A DNA stretch of 63,478 nt, counting the filler, from Gonapodya sp. JEL0774 (Eukaryota): NCBI GenBank assembly GCA_027604505.1. It is 37 parts of 37 records of this genome, joined end to end, with 100 filler letters (N's around TTAATTAATTAA, not from the genome) between each part and the next. Parts side by side here need not be neighbours in the genome. Positions count along the whole stretch, not along the records: positions 24,172 to 25,791 come from JADIIX010002850.1; positions 25,892 to 27,510 come from JADIIX010002851.1; positions 27,611 to 29,229 come from JADIIX010002852.1; positions 29,330 to 30,948 come from JADIIX010002853.1; positions 31,049 to 32,666 come from JADIIX010002854.1; positions 32,767 to 34,383 come from JADIIX010002855.1; positions 34,484 to 36,100 come from JADIIX010002856.1; positions 36,201 to 37,817 come from JADIIX010002857.1; 29 more parts are not named here. The stretch is one strand, 5' to 3'. Shown in pieces: positions 25,606 through 37,491 of the stretch. The stretch's first letter is position 1, and each line of letters starts with the position of its first letter. The position numbers and the translations under genes are program-made. The notes under the pieces were generated by a model. The model was not told the origin of the DNA and did not search any database. It was given only the letters and a program-made list of their open reading frames with translations.

Positions 25606-27610
25606 TGCCAGTTTATATATCCATCACCATCCCATCCTGCGTTTTCGGAAAGGATGCGAATCAAGATCCCCTCTCCATCCCCATCCTCATCCCGAACAAG
25701 TTTCCGAAAAAGTTTCCGAATCCAGATCCAGATCCCATCCCCATCCCGGGTGAGTTTCCGAAAGTGTCTGAGAACCCAACCAATCCAATGGNNNNNNNNN
25801 NNNNNNNNNNNNNNNNNNNNNNNNNNNNNNNNNNNTTAATTAATTAANNNNNNNNNNNNNNNNNNNNNNNNNNNNNNNNNNNNNNNNNNNNGTCCGTGTC
25901 CTTCCTCGCCTTTGTACACCGGAAACAACATCAACGAACCTCCCGGACATAATGGGAACAACATTTAACGGCCTTCAAAACTTGCTCTTCATTGTACTCC
26001 ACATTTATTATCTTTGGGACTATTTCCGGGAGATTGCTTATCCAAGTGCCGACGGTCGAGAAACAGTCAAGAGGCATGGCTTGGCGGCGCCGCAAACCAA
26101 CCGTTTCACAGCAACGCTCACTCTCTGCGCCAGTAGTATTTTGGTGATGATTGTAGATGGATTGGCCTATACTCTCCGGCGAGCGGTGAGTCGCACCGTA
26201 TTGGGGGGTACCCACTGCCTTGTGTCCATTGAGAACTTGTTCGAAAATAGTTTTCATCTGATCCCTTCAAGTATTTCATCATCGTGTGGAGCTCGCAGAT
26301 CGTATCTGACCTCATTTATTGCGGTTACATGCGGCGATTTGCCACGGAACTCCACCGCGAGGCGCAATTCCTCGCATTTCCGAGCGGAGGCGTGCGAATT
26401 GCGGGTGGGGTAGCTCCTCAAACTCCACCATCGCCTGGTTCGGTCGCACCAAGAGGGGTCGATTACGTAGAGCTGGAGGGGCAGAATTCTGTCTCCACGG
26501 ATCGATCTGGGCGGTTGAGCGGACAAGTGCCATTGAAAGTCCCAGGACCGGTGCCTCCAAATGAATTATACACGAGTGGGATCGGCCCTAGACGACGATA
26601 GGAGATACGTTGGTTGCTCCAAGTCGATGATTTACACCAACATTATTTGACCAATATTTTCAAGTTCTACACCTTCACGCATTCTAGTTAGTGCGCGCGC
26701 CGGGCACATATTACCAGAGACAGGTTTTCCTTTCCTAGCATTATATCTGTCTTTAAGTATATCTGTCTCTAGTCTTAATTAAAAATGTATTGCCGTACAG
26801 TCATGGTGCAGACCGCACCCAGAACGAACACTCATACTGTACGCAGTCTGTGAATGAAGACTGAAATGAATGTTCATGCGTGAGTGAGAGTGCACTTGCC
26901 GCGCTAGGTAATGACATGTTCTGCGAGAGTTGCCAAAATAGGAACCAAAAAAAAGGGACATGTGCGTACCTGCTGATGTGATTTTCGCGATCGGCAAACC
27001 TCGTTGCAGCCGCCGACTGCACCGCCTGTAATCCAAAAATGTCCACTGACGCTCTCTCCAACTACGCGGATAGCTCAGACCCTTCTGTGCAGCTGCAGGT
27101 CTATGTCAACTCCATTACGTTATCTAGGTACGGTCAGGCCGATTCGTTGTCACCATACAGCGAGCTGAAGCCTAACCGGGATTCCCCAACAAACTGACGC
27201 ACATTCTAGTTTTATTGCCCAGCTGGTCATTCTCGTAACTTTCATTCCCGACCTGCACGTCTTTCCTACAAGCCTGAAAGTGCTGTCGCTCGTAACACTA
27301 ATCTTCTCGATGCTCTCACCTCTGGTGGCATTCATTTCCAACAACTATAGCTGCAATCCTGGCATTCAGTGAGCCATGTTTCCTTTGATGGCGGTTGGTT
27401 CGTCATTAGGAGCCTGCATACAATGAAATCGTTTCCTTCTTCTACAAATCTGTCTGCAGGATCGGATGCACACTCTTTCTCATGGGCGCCATAGGAAAAT
27501 GGTCAACGTANNNNNNNNNNNNNNNNNNNNNNNNNNNNNNNNNNNNNNNNNNNNTTAATTAATTAANNNNNNNNNNNNNNNNNNNNNNNNNNNNNNNNNN
27601 NNNNNNNNNN

Positions 27611-28006
27611 GTTGGTCGCCGTCATCGTCGGCCCACCAGCCTCCGTCGTTCTGGAAACGGCTGTGACGGCAGCTGCGGCATTCGACGATAGAGATCCATA
27701 TGCAAGACTGTCGGGTGAAGAAGATTCGGTCGTAGCGCTGCGATCATTGGCGGTTGTCAGAGACTGGGATGAGCTACCAGTGGCTGTGGTCATATCGATG
27801 GGAAGCCCAGATGTTCCAACTGCCGCCGCTCCTGTTGCTGCCAGCGAAGTCGCCCCCGGAGGCGAAGGCGGTGCAGAAAGTAGAGAAGATGGTGGGGATT
27901 GTGCTGATACAGCTGGAGTCGATGAAGTGGAAGGTGCTGTGCTCGACGGTCCCGCAAGTCCAAGAACGCCCAATATCCCGTCAAGCAGACCCCCAAGCAG
28001 CGACAT
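27611..28006 (-). CDS. Ser/Thr/Ala-rich hypothetical protein, N-terminal part
   Basis: ATG-initiated ORF with an amphipathic or hydrophobic start (MSLLGGLLDGILGVLGLAG) and an S/T/A-rich run to the contig end. Confidence 0.45.
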
Positions 28007-29592
28007 CTGTCACTCCTCCACGGCCTTGCAGTGCAAGAACTCTCCTGTTCTGGCCGGTACCGATGGGTCTCGGCTTCGTTGAGTAGTGTTGTTGGATTTG
28101 TTGCTGTTTTCGTCCGGAGAATTGTTGTGCGCCCCTACATGCAAACAAAGACCAAACATAAGGTTTCTTTAGGGACAGACACAGCCATCCATGGTCAGAC
28201 TTGCTACGTGCGTGAAGGTATTCAGACTGAGCAGAGTAATTCGTGCTCAGGATGACAACTTCTTCATGAAACATATCGCATGCTCCACGAGATACAGATA
28301 CCCAGATCGCACAGACTCCACGGCGTCTCGTTTCTTTTCCAGAAACGAATTTGACGCTAAAGCAAGATAGTCACAGAATAGAAGGGTGCAGAGGTGACAG
28401 ATGTCCGAGAAATGTAGTTCCGAGGACACGGGTGAGATCCTGACCTAGGTAGCTCACCAGTAGCGATCCCGTTGGGGGAATGGAATATCCCCAAAACAGC
28501 TCTGTGGAATCAACGGACCGACTCTCGTACAGCATGCCGACTCTTGTTTCCAGTCTGATCGGCGGGCCACTTTTTCTGACATCACCTTCCCAAACAGCCA
28601 CCGTCGAGTGGCAACCATTTCAGTTCTCATCCCGAAGATCAATCCTTGACACCAAAAGTGAATGACTGGTGGTAGCGAGATGCCCATAGCTGGCTTTGGT
28701 GACCATGAACTAAATTGAAGGACTATTAATATTACGTTCATCGTAATGCCAACTCGGCATCAGATAGAGATTCAAAAACAAAAGCAAATACTAGCGCTAA
28801 TATTCTAGAAAGTCAGAACATGATGACGTGGAGGCTAGAGAGTTTTCATAGAGTTCGCCTTCGGGAAACCAACAGAGCTCATATGATCAGCCTACCCGCC
28901 CATTACCCGATCGATACAAGAAAAGCATGTTTCCTCTGAGTCGCTTCCTGTCATATCGTCCCTGCTTTACTGTCCGGCCTGGGCCCCTTCACCTTCTTCT
29001 TCTTGTACCTGGGCTGGGTAATTTCCGACACGTCAAACGGTCCAAAATCCACATTCTTGCCATTCACACCACCATCATCGTAGTAATCACTGTCCGTGGC
29101 ATCATTGTACGGCTGCGAGTACTCTGGAAAAGTGTCGTGGCTGACTGCCGGGGTGATTCGGGGGGGCAATGTGGGAGAGAGGATTCCGGACGAGTAGGTG
29201 GAAGACCGGGTCGGAGATGTGAGCGTGGCNNNNNNNNNNNNNNNNNNNNNNNNNNNNNNNNNNNNNNNNNNNNTTAATTAATTAANNNNNNNNNNNNNNN
29301 NNNNNNNNNNNNNNNNNNNNNNNNNNNNNTCCTTCAGCGGGAAACGACATTGCAAAAAAGAATCGCTGAGCTTGTTGGTGGGTTCAACAGGGATACACAC
29401 AGGGGGTTGCGGGGATATTGTCGGATGATCTTGAGGACCCGAGAAGCTGGCCACCTTTCTCAAATCAATGCAACTGACAAAGACACTAAACGTAATACGA
29501 TGAGACAAGCCGAGAGCCTGGTCAATTAATTCCTTGACAGTGCAAGCAAAAGAGTTTGCAAATCTCCTGCTCACCGAAACGTGCAAAATATG

Positions 29593-29674
29593 TGAGAAGA
29601 GTGGGATTCGAACCCACGCCCCCGAAGAGACTGCGGCCTGAACGCAGCGCCTTAGACCGCTCGGCCATCTTCCC
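29593..29674 (-). tRNA. tRNA-Leu (anticodon CAG), intronless
   Basis: GGGAAGA-TGGCCGAGCGGTCTAAGGCG-CTGCG TT CAG GC CGCAG-long variable arm-GTGGGTTCGAATCCCAC-TCTTCTC-A, with A73 discriminator and a downstream TTTT Pol III terminator. Confidence 0.97.
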
Positions 29675-29910
29675 AGATCACTTCTACTGCAGTTCAAAAT
29701 TAATTATATAAAAACTTAACTCTTACGGAATCACCTCGTTTAGTTGTTCTCTTTATCTGCCCTGTAGAAATCACGATATTATTAGTCGCCACATGGGTCT
29801 CAAGGGGGGCGCTTGCTGATCCAGTGAACAAGTTGTGGAACATTGCACTCAAAAAACCTCCGCCATCACGGCGGTCATGTTTGGGTTATTACAATCTAAC
29901 AGCAAATTTT

Positions 29911-30804
29911 TCAAGCCTTGCCAAGGAATTCAAGAACTGCCTCTGCGCTTGAGTGTTGAAGCCCACCGGCGTCAATACCGAGATACTTTACGACACCGTC
30001 GTCGACAACCTGTTTGGTTTTGAAAGCTCAGCAAAAGTCTTCCATCCCCGCAAAACCATTTCCATAAGACTTACGACAGCGTAACGCTTGCTCCGAATTC
30101 CAAGTCCTCCCTTCACGAGGTCCAACTGCAGTCCGATGGCCTGAGTGAATTCAGCACTGCCGTCAGCAAGCATGAGAATCTTCTCGGGATCGACACCCAA
30201 GATCTTTCCCCATGCTGCCATTGTGAATTGGTCATTCACAGAAACGATACCGACTGTGTCGACGCCGGCAGCCTTCAGCTTGTCGTAGTGGTCGATGAAT
30301 CCCGGAACCTGTCGCGAGAGCAAACATAGAGGTGTGGTTGAAAAAACCACCTTTCATTATCAATCCTTCAAGCACATACATGCGCGTTGGAACACGTAGG
30401 AGTGAAGGCGCCGGGGAGGGCGGCAAGAACGACCTAACAGGGGAGTGTTGGTGGCCATTCACAACGTACTTATCTCTGTCTGCTACATTTACAAACCTTC
30501 TTTCCCTTGAAAACTGCAAGCGTACGAAGAGTCTCATTAGACAGATCATGGACAGAAACCCACGTCCGCATGGTGATGGCTCACGGTCATCGGTCTTGAT
30601 TTGCTCGTTAGGGCCCGCTGCGAGACCGTGGCAGAAGGTGCCATCGCCTTCCTTCGGAACCAGACGACGAAGCGTAATGCCGAGGGGCATCTTGTCTCCA
30701 ACTGCGATCTGTTGGAGGTTATGAATGGACCGTGTCGCGAGAAGCCGACAGGGAGGGGACACCAGGTGATAGGGAAGTCGAGATGCCAAGAATCCGAGCT
30801 TCAT
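29911..30804 (-). CDS. PRDX5/Ahp1-type (Redoxin) peroxiredoxin with putative mitochondrial presequence
   Basis: LPGAFTPTCSNAH|VPGF holds the peroxidatic Cys (TGT codon). Also VSVNDQFTMAAWG, MLADGSAEFT and GIRSKRYA; the last exon reads VVDDGVVKYLGIDAGGLQHSSAEAVLEFLGKA-stop. Confidence 0.93.
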
Positions 30805-31048
30805 GAGGATAACATCGTGAAAGCAACAACTAAAACAGCTCTTAGCTCCACTCACAGTCATGTTTTTGGCGGTTTCGATTGAATTCGAAGGGTTTGGATC
30901 GGGAGATTGTTCGTGTGCCAACCTCAGCATCATTCCACAAAGGTGGTANNNNNNNNNNNNNNNNNNNNNNNNNNNNNNNNNNNNNNNNNNNNTTAATTAA
31001 TTAANNNNNNNNNNNNNNNNNNNNNNNNNNNNNNNNNNNNNNNNNNNN

Positions 31049-31524
31049 CAGCTGATCTAAATGAAGAGCAAAAGTCTATTCTTGCTGATGAATGGGAGAC
31101 AAAACTTTGGTGGGAAAAACTGGTACTTGAATTCTTGTTCTTTTGTTGTACTGTTTCTGTGTGAATGAACCCCACTAACAGATAATCATTACAGAATATC
31201 CCGCTGGATGCTGTGCCGCTTGTAACTCCAGCTAATCCACTGACTTCTTTTCAAGGTAACAAGTTGGTGAAAGCAGCTACATATAAGCAAAAGAAACAGA
31301 ATACTGCTCGAATTGTAGAAGGGTGGCTGCTGCGAGATGAATCTGGTTCTAAGACTGCTGAGCTCCCAATTAGATGGGCAAACCCTTATCATCGCAGAAG
31401 TTTCAGAGAAGAGAAGAAGAGAGATGATATTGCAGACTGTATAGTTATGGCTGTTGCTGTTTGGGAGTGGGCGAAGCAAGCTCAAACTTTCCTTGATGAA
31501 ATGAGACAAAATAGATCAAAGTAA
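31049..31524 (+). CDS. Ydc2/Cce1-like (RuvC-fold) Holliday-junction resolvase, C-terminal part
   Basis: YKQKKQNTARIVEGWL and KKRDDIADCIVMAVAVWEW carry the K.DD.AD catalytic motif; one intron at about 31123-31194. Confidence 0.75.
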
Positions 31525-31676
31525 TAACAGTCCATCTCTCATTATCCAGAGAATAAAAAACGGCTAAGGCAAGGATGAACTTTGGACTTTTATATGCTTC
31601 ATATGTGGGGAAGGTCAATAAAGTGTCATTGTGGCTTTAATTCAAGGTGCAGGTCATTAATACTCAAGAGTATCTA

Positions 31677-32633
31677 TCATTCACCTTTAGCAAACTTGAG
31701 AATAGACATGACAGGATAGTATGACTGTACATAGTCATTGAACTGAACATCATCACCCTTCAAGTAATAATCTTCCCGTGGAATCAAACCATCATCATTC
31801 ACACCAACCAGGTATCTCACCACAGTCATGGTTTTAAAATCTGCTGACCACCCACCCCACTGGCACACCTGGGTCAATGTCCATCTTTTTACCTAGTAAC
31901 AGTACTGGCACCCCCCCCCCGACGGAATGAGTGCGTCCCATACAGCTCCTTCTGCAACCCAATTGCCTCCAGCTCATCCATAAATGCGACACGAAACTGA
32001 GGATACTTCTATCTCACACAGAACACAGTAACTCTTACTGATAGATCATGTTTAGAATACAAAACTCACCAAGCAGAATGGAGAAATGGGGCATCCACGC
32101 CACGAGCTGCAGCCAAGAAGAGTGGACCCTGATAGGCAGGCCCTCTCTCTTCAGCTGGATCAAAATTGATATGATCAAGATGATAGTAAAGACGATAGTA
32201 TGCTGTGAGAGGACACAAGTGAGGTTCACTGTAGTCTTGCCTCAAAGGAAAAGGCTTAAGCCCTATAACAGACAAAGTGGGATGACATCTTCACTAAAAC
32301 AAGTGGCAAAATTAAGAGAACTCACTGCCACCACGTTCAGTCTTACGGTAATCTAATTGGATAGTGATCTTCTCAAAAGCTGGAGTAATGTGCTTTGTTT
32401 CAATCCTCAGCACTTCATCTGCTCGCATAAACATCAAGAACGCAAATAGACATATGCACTTCAGGATTGACTCAATGATGAATGAGATCCATAAAGTCAA
32501 GTGATCAACAACCACTCACATAATTGCGGCAAGCCCATCTTGGCCATTTTAAGTTCTCATAACGGTCGTACAACATCTTCAAGTCCTCGGCAGTGATGGC
32601 TTTCACTGACTCTGCTGCTTCCCCTTGAGTACC
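31677..32633 (-). mobile_element. Crypton-type tyrosine recombinase, intron-containing, inactivated
   Basis: GEAAESVKAITAEDL, MRADEVL (catalytic R), LDYRKT (K), HLCP, YGTHSFRRGG (HxxR), CQWGGWS (W) and TVVRYL (Y). Three GTGAGT-AG introns. A G10 run at 31911-31920 shifts the frame and an in-frame TAG follows. Confidence 0.82.
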
Positions 32634-32767
32634 CTGAAAGGAAGCACAATTGGTGATATTTTAGATNNNNNNNNNNNNNNNNNNNNNNNNNNNNNNNNNN
32701 NNNNNNNNNNTTAATTAATTAANNNNNNNNNNNNNNNNNNNNNNNNNNNNNNNNNNNNNNNNNNNNA

Positions 32768-33623
32768 GGAGCGCGGTGAGGTGGTGGCGTCGGCAATAGC
32801 CAGAGGCGTGTCTATGGCGGTCTAGTGGGGATAGTAGTATGATAGAGTGAGGACCGTATGAAGGAGTTAGAGTGAACGAATGGTACATACCACAATGGGT
32901 CGCCAGAGGTTAATAACCGCGAAACGGCCCTTGAGGAGTCGATCGATGTCTTGCGGTGGCATATGTTCGATAAGTCGGCCAGCGCCGGATCTGGTGGTGT
33001 CTGTGCATTAGAGGACGTGGGGGCGGTGGAGAGGAATTAGGTGGTGTAGAGATCAGCTTGAGTGAGTAAACATTATCAAGACACGATCTACTTACAATCA
33101 CCGTGAACTCGAGGGATTGCTTGCTGGTTGCCACGTGTGGGAGATCGAATTACGACGTCGAAGACTGCAAGTACATGAACAGGACCCGCAGATTAAGTGT
33201 TGGCGAGAAGAAACAAGAGCTCACTCAAGGGGCACAGACACGTTCAAGCCTACCTTTGGTTCTTGTGGCTCCCGTTGCCTTCTTTACAATGTCCTCCACC
33301 TCCGGCAGGTACACCTTCTCACGCCGCTCCTGGTCCCAAAACTCGTCGCCCTTGACTGCGCTTGCCCCTTTCACGATCTCAAACCCGTTCTTATCTAAAG
33401 TGAAGCTACTGACATCGACCGATCGCAAATCTGTGATTGTTACGTCGTACGGTGCGGACTGGAAGTTTGGGGGTTTGACAGAACCGTCGGCAGCGGGGAG
33501 GTAAGTCGAGGGCTTTTCACCGGCAGGGACGGAGGACAAGTCGATGAAGTTAAGGGAGGCCGTGATTTTGCGAGGGCGAGTTGCGGGTTTCTTGATTGAT
33601 TGGGAATCGACCTGGACGCTCAT
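32768..33623 (-). CDS. CmcJ/NvfI/AsaB-like oxidoreductase, 5' part
   Basis: VTITDLR...FTLDKNGF, VYLPEVEDIVKKATGA, FDVVIR, RVHGD (HxD), GRFAVINLWRPI and PLAIADA. Confidence 0.85.
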
Positions 33624-34483
33624 TCTGTTTAGAGTTGACTGGGTTTTGTTCGGACTTTGCGTGTATCTGAATTTCGTGAAGATCGTCAATTAATTCGATT
33701 TTTCGAATTCGTAGATTCCCAGTGCTTTTATCTGCACGAACGAGCGCGGTTTCGAAGATCTCCAAACGAGCTCTGTTTCGAAACCACCCAGGCCACAGCA
33801 GAGGTTCCATGGCGTCATATTATTGTCAATTTCGGAGACACCGCATTTCAGGTAGTAAGCAGCAAATCCTATTCTGTTCGAACTGGAGTAGTGGAAATGG
33901 GGAGACCTGGGGGACTCGCAGACGATTGCATGTTGGACGGACTCGGTCCGGTTGGATGCTCAATACATAGATGAAAACAACCTACCCAACATGGACGTTT
34001 GGGCACCGGGCAGCGGGCACATCGCGATTGATAAGCTCTTCGATACTCAGCAATAAATTAGGACAACTGGTGTTTGTGAACAATTGAAGCCCCCAGTCAT
34101 CCTATGAGTGCACGACACAGCAAACGGCGTGTTCCATTGCGTAGAATCTCATAACTGACAGCGCACTCGGATCAAAATTACGAAAAATTTCTAGCGATCA
34201 CAAGAGCCGTCCTTCACCTAGTAAATCCGTCTCATCATAACTGTGTGAGTAACCGCGCAAACTTCTACTCATCGATTTGACTACGACCCACTACCTCTGA
34301 GAAGCTGTTGGGACACATGGAAAACAATATCTCTATTTTGGTTGACATTATTCAATTTTTGCTGATTGTGACCTTCCCTTCCANNNNNNNNNNNNNNNNN
34401 NNNNNNNNNNNNNNNNNNNNNNNNNNNTTAATTAATTAANNNNNNNNNNNNNNNNNNNNNNNNNNNNNNNNNNNNNNNNNNNN

Positions 34484-34753
34484 ATGTCTGATCGACAAGG
34501 GAATAGAAAAACATCAGGAGAGTCAGGCATGAGTCGAACAATTTTACTTCTAGGTTGGGTCGACATTCAGGTCCGGTCAACTCGGTCTCCTGGTTCCCTC
34601 TTGTACCACTCGCACAAGCAACACTCACCCATCCATTACATCCATATGAAGATAGTCCGCTCCCAGCTCCTTCATACGATTCGCTTCGGCTCCGAGGCTC
34701 GAGAAATCCGAGGAGAGCATCGATGGAGCTATGATCGGGACAGGGGGAGCCAT
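34484..34753 (-). CDS. RPE1: Ribulose-phosphate 3-epimerase, first exon
   Basis: [36 protein letters not shown], then a GTGAGT intron resuming at His. Confidence 0.93.
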
Positions 34754-35227
34754 TCTGGTGCCGGCCGGTTGACTGGAGAAGCGGGCGAGAACTCGAAGAA
34801 GAGGCAATCGACGAACGAGCGTGATGCGTTGTATGTTGGCTACGAGCAAAAGTATTTGTGCCGTTCTAGGTGTTTCGTCATGTACCGTCAGGCCGATCCT
34901 CGGAGCACAGTCACCACAGGCGAAGAAGATGATGCACATACTCAAGCTCCAAGATAATTACAATAGGATACAAAACTCTGAGTCGGCGCTGCAGGAGATC
35001 GAAAAGCTGCAGTACATTACGCAGATGATCCATCCTACATACATAAAATTACTGAGGAAATTCTACAGTAGCTTTGATCTATGACTCTAACTTCAACAGT
35101 ACGAACCCACGAGAAACAAATGCCAATGTACTGATCATTGTCCTGTTCGCTGGGATCAAAAATGGTGCGTCCACCAACCTCACACTGCACTTGCCACGCC
35201 CTTCAACATTTGTCTCGGATTCCTCAC

Positions 35228-36100
35228 ATTATCTCAGCTTCACCGCAAGACAAAGCGACGCGACGGCCGCACACGCCGCTATCGACGAAAAGAAGCAGCC
35301 GACTTGCTCCCACGAACCCTGCAATCCCGAGCGTATCGTTGCCACACACATGGGGAGAATGACCAGGCCGAGATTGACGCACACAGTAAATGGTATCTAT
35401 TCAGGGTTGAGAGCCGATATGAGTACAAAATAATCATTGCTGCCCGGCGTGGGAAACACAGAAACTCACCCTGTCCCGATCTGGTCTCCACTGACAGAAG
35501 GAACCATCGGCCAAATGGTGGACGATAACAGCGCGAAACCCACGCCCAGAATGGACATGCCCACACAAGGGTCGATCGTGGCCCACGAAAAGAGCAGGTG
35601 GGCGGACAGGACGAGTGTCACCGCCACGACGAGGGTCCAGGCGCGGAGTCCCACGTTGCGGTCGCTAAAAAAGCGATTGATGGGAGCTGCAACACCGTAG
35701 ATGACCACAGGAAGGGCCATGACTTATTGTTTCATGAAGTGATGGGAAATGGTTCAGCAGGTTCAGCGATTCACAAGGACGCGTTCATCTTACGTACCAA
35801 AACCCGCTCTTCGTAAGTCACCTTTGAAGAATTTGTCCTGGAAAAAGTCTGTACACACAGCAAAAAAGGGGAAGACCGAACCGTGTAGGGAGAAATGAAT
35901 GATGGAATCGCTTCTGAGTTTTTGAATAAGTGAAATTGCACTCACCATATGACAGGACGCAAATCAAAGCCTAACGGTTCAAACATATGTGTTACAATAA
36001 CAGATCAAAACTTCACGAGGATGGGTTCAATGTTCCTCACTAGCAACCAAAACGATCCATCGAACTTCCCAAGTGAGATACCCGTCGCCATAACCTTTCT
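35228..36100 (-). CDS. MFSD1-like MFS transporter, 3' part
   Basis: SVFPFFAVCTDFFQDKF and GMSILGVGFALLSSTIWPMVPSVSGDQIGTG are followed by a hydrophobic final exon; the W P.V.....GT pattern is MFSD1-like. Confidence 0.7.
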
Positions 36101-36200
36101 NNNNNNNNNNNNNNNNNNNNNNNNNNNNNNNNNNNNNNNNNNNNTTAATTAATTAANNNNNNNNNNNNNNNNNNNNNNNNNNNNNNNNNNNNNNNNNNNN

Positions 36201-36782
36201 AGCTGGCTTATGAGGCCACTCCCTGGAGTTTCAACATTCATGATCGCAGCTATGAACGAGAAGTCCAGCAGATGGTTGGAAACATTACAAACAAGAAAAC
36301 TGTTTAGATTCGCATTAAATACCAGAGCTGATGTTTCCTCGATCGATCTGCGGAGATTCTTGGGTTATAGGATCACGTGTCACCCGATGCCTCGCTGAAA
36401 CCCCCGGCAGACTCACGTTCAAAGCCGTATAGCAGACCATCAACCACGGTACGAGCATGAAGTCCACCTTGTGCATGACTGCTGACTCCTATTATCGAGT
36501 TGTTTTGTAATTCCGAATTGTATGCGAGATTCGCCGCGTCAGATGGGGGACACTTCGTTTTTGAATCGCATGAAACCAAACATACCTCTGCTGTCGTCCA
36601 GTCAGGAAGCACCATCGAAGCTTCCTGAAAAAGATTATGAGAACATCCGTACTTGAGCGACATGTGTCGGGAGTTCCAACCGACTGTTCGTGTCGGGAAA
36701 GGCAAGGCAATGCATCCCCGTTTTGGTGCTAAACTCGACTCACCCCGTACTTCTGAACCTCTACATATTTACGCGAGGCCAT
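36201..36782 (-). CDS. MFS anion:cation symporter (Dal5/ACS family), 5' part; paralog of 41350-42965
   Basis: Exons read VLPDWTTAE | ESAVMHKVDFMLVPWLMVCYTALN | IDRGNISS | AIMNVETPGSGLISQL. Confidence 0.8.
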
Positions 36783-37491
36783 CCTGTTCGCGAAAAGCCA
36801 ATCGAACTGGGTGATGTTCGCAGTTGGAGACAGTGTCCCTTTGCAGGTTTGCAGGTCCGACCCACCCGCTGCCGCACGCTGCGGGCACCGTCCCCTTTGA
36901 TTGCGCCACATGTCACGTTTTGTTTCGTTTTTCCATGATTTTCACTTGAATGCTATGACGAAAATATCGTCCGTCAAAAGTAAAATTCAAGGCGGCAGGT
37001 TTCACACCCCGAGATTTTTGGAAAGGACGGGAAGACCCATCACCCCCTCAATTTAGTTGCCCCCAAATCCTTTCGCATCACCGTATCTACCGCAACTACA
37101 CACAAATATGCGAAAGGAGACCGTTTCACACTGTGGGAGACGACGAAGACAGAATCAGTCCCTGGTTAGCTCATACCAGATATTGGACGTGTATAATTTG
37201 TCTACCGAGGACACGTCGCACGCACCTGCAGGTGCGCAGGGAGTCTTTGTGCGCGAAAGATAACGCATAGATTTGTACAGTACTCTGAAAGTTTATAATT
37301 TTGAGTCTGACGTGAGGAGTAAAAGCACGCAACAACAAGCACGATTCATAGTTCAAACGTCACAATCCTCAGAAAAGATACAGATCAATCATCAGTCGCG
37401 TCAAAACCACATCTTGAATTCCACGATCTTGACAAAGCGTCATTGTGAACTATGCGTTCCTTTCCACCCACAGGGCCATTTCACCGCCTTC

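Noticed and set aside
26684..26720. GC-rich hairpin plus CTAG as a Helitron 3' end
   Set aside because: The stem is short and imperfect, the spacer is only 3 nt, and CTAG is not followed by T in that orientation.
29593..29674. tRNA(CAG) as a CUG-reassigning Ser/Ala tRNA
   Set aside because: It has an A73 discriminator, U33 and a typical Leu body, with no Ser or Ala (G3:U70) identity features.
30380..30440. Selenocysteine in the peroxiredoxin or in the TMX thioredoxin (58945-58959)
   Set aside because: The active-site residues are encoded by ordinary TGT/TGC codons.
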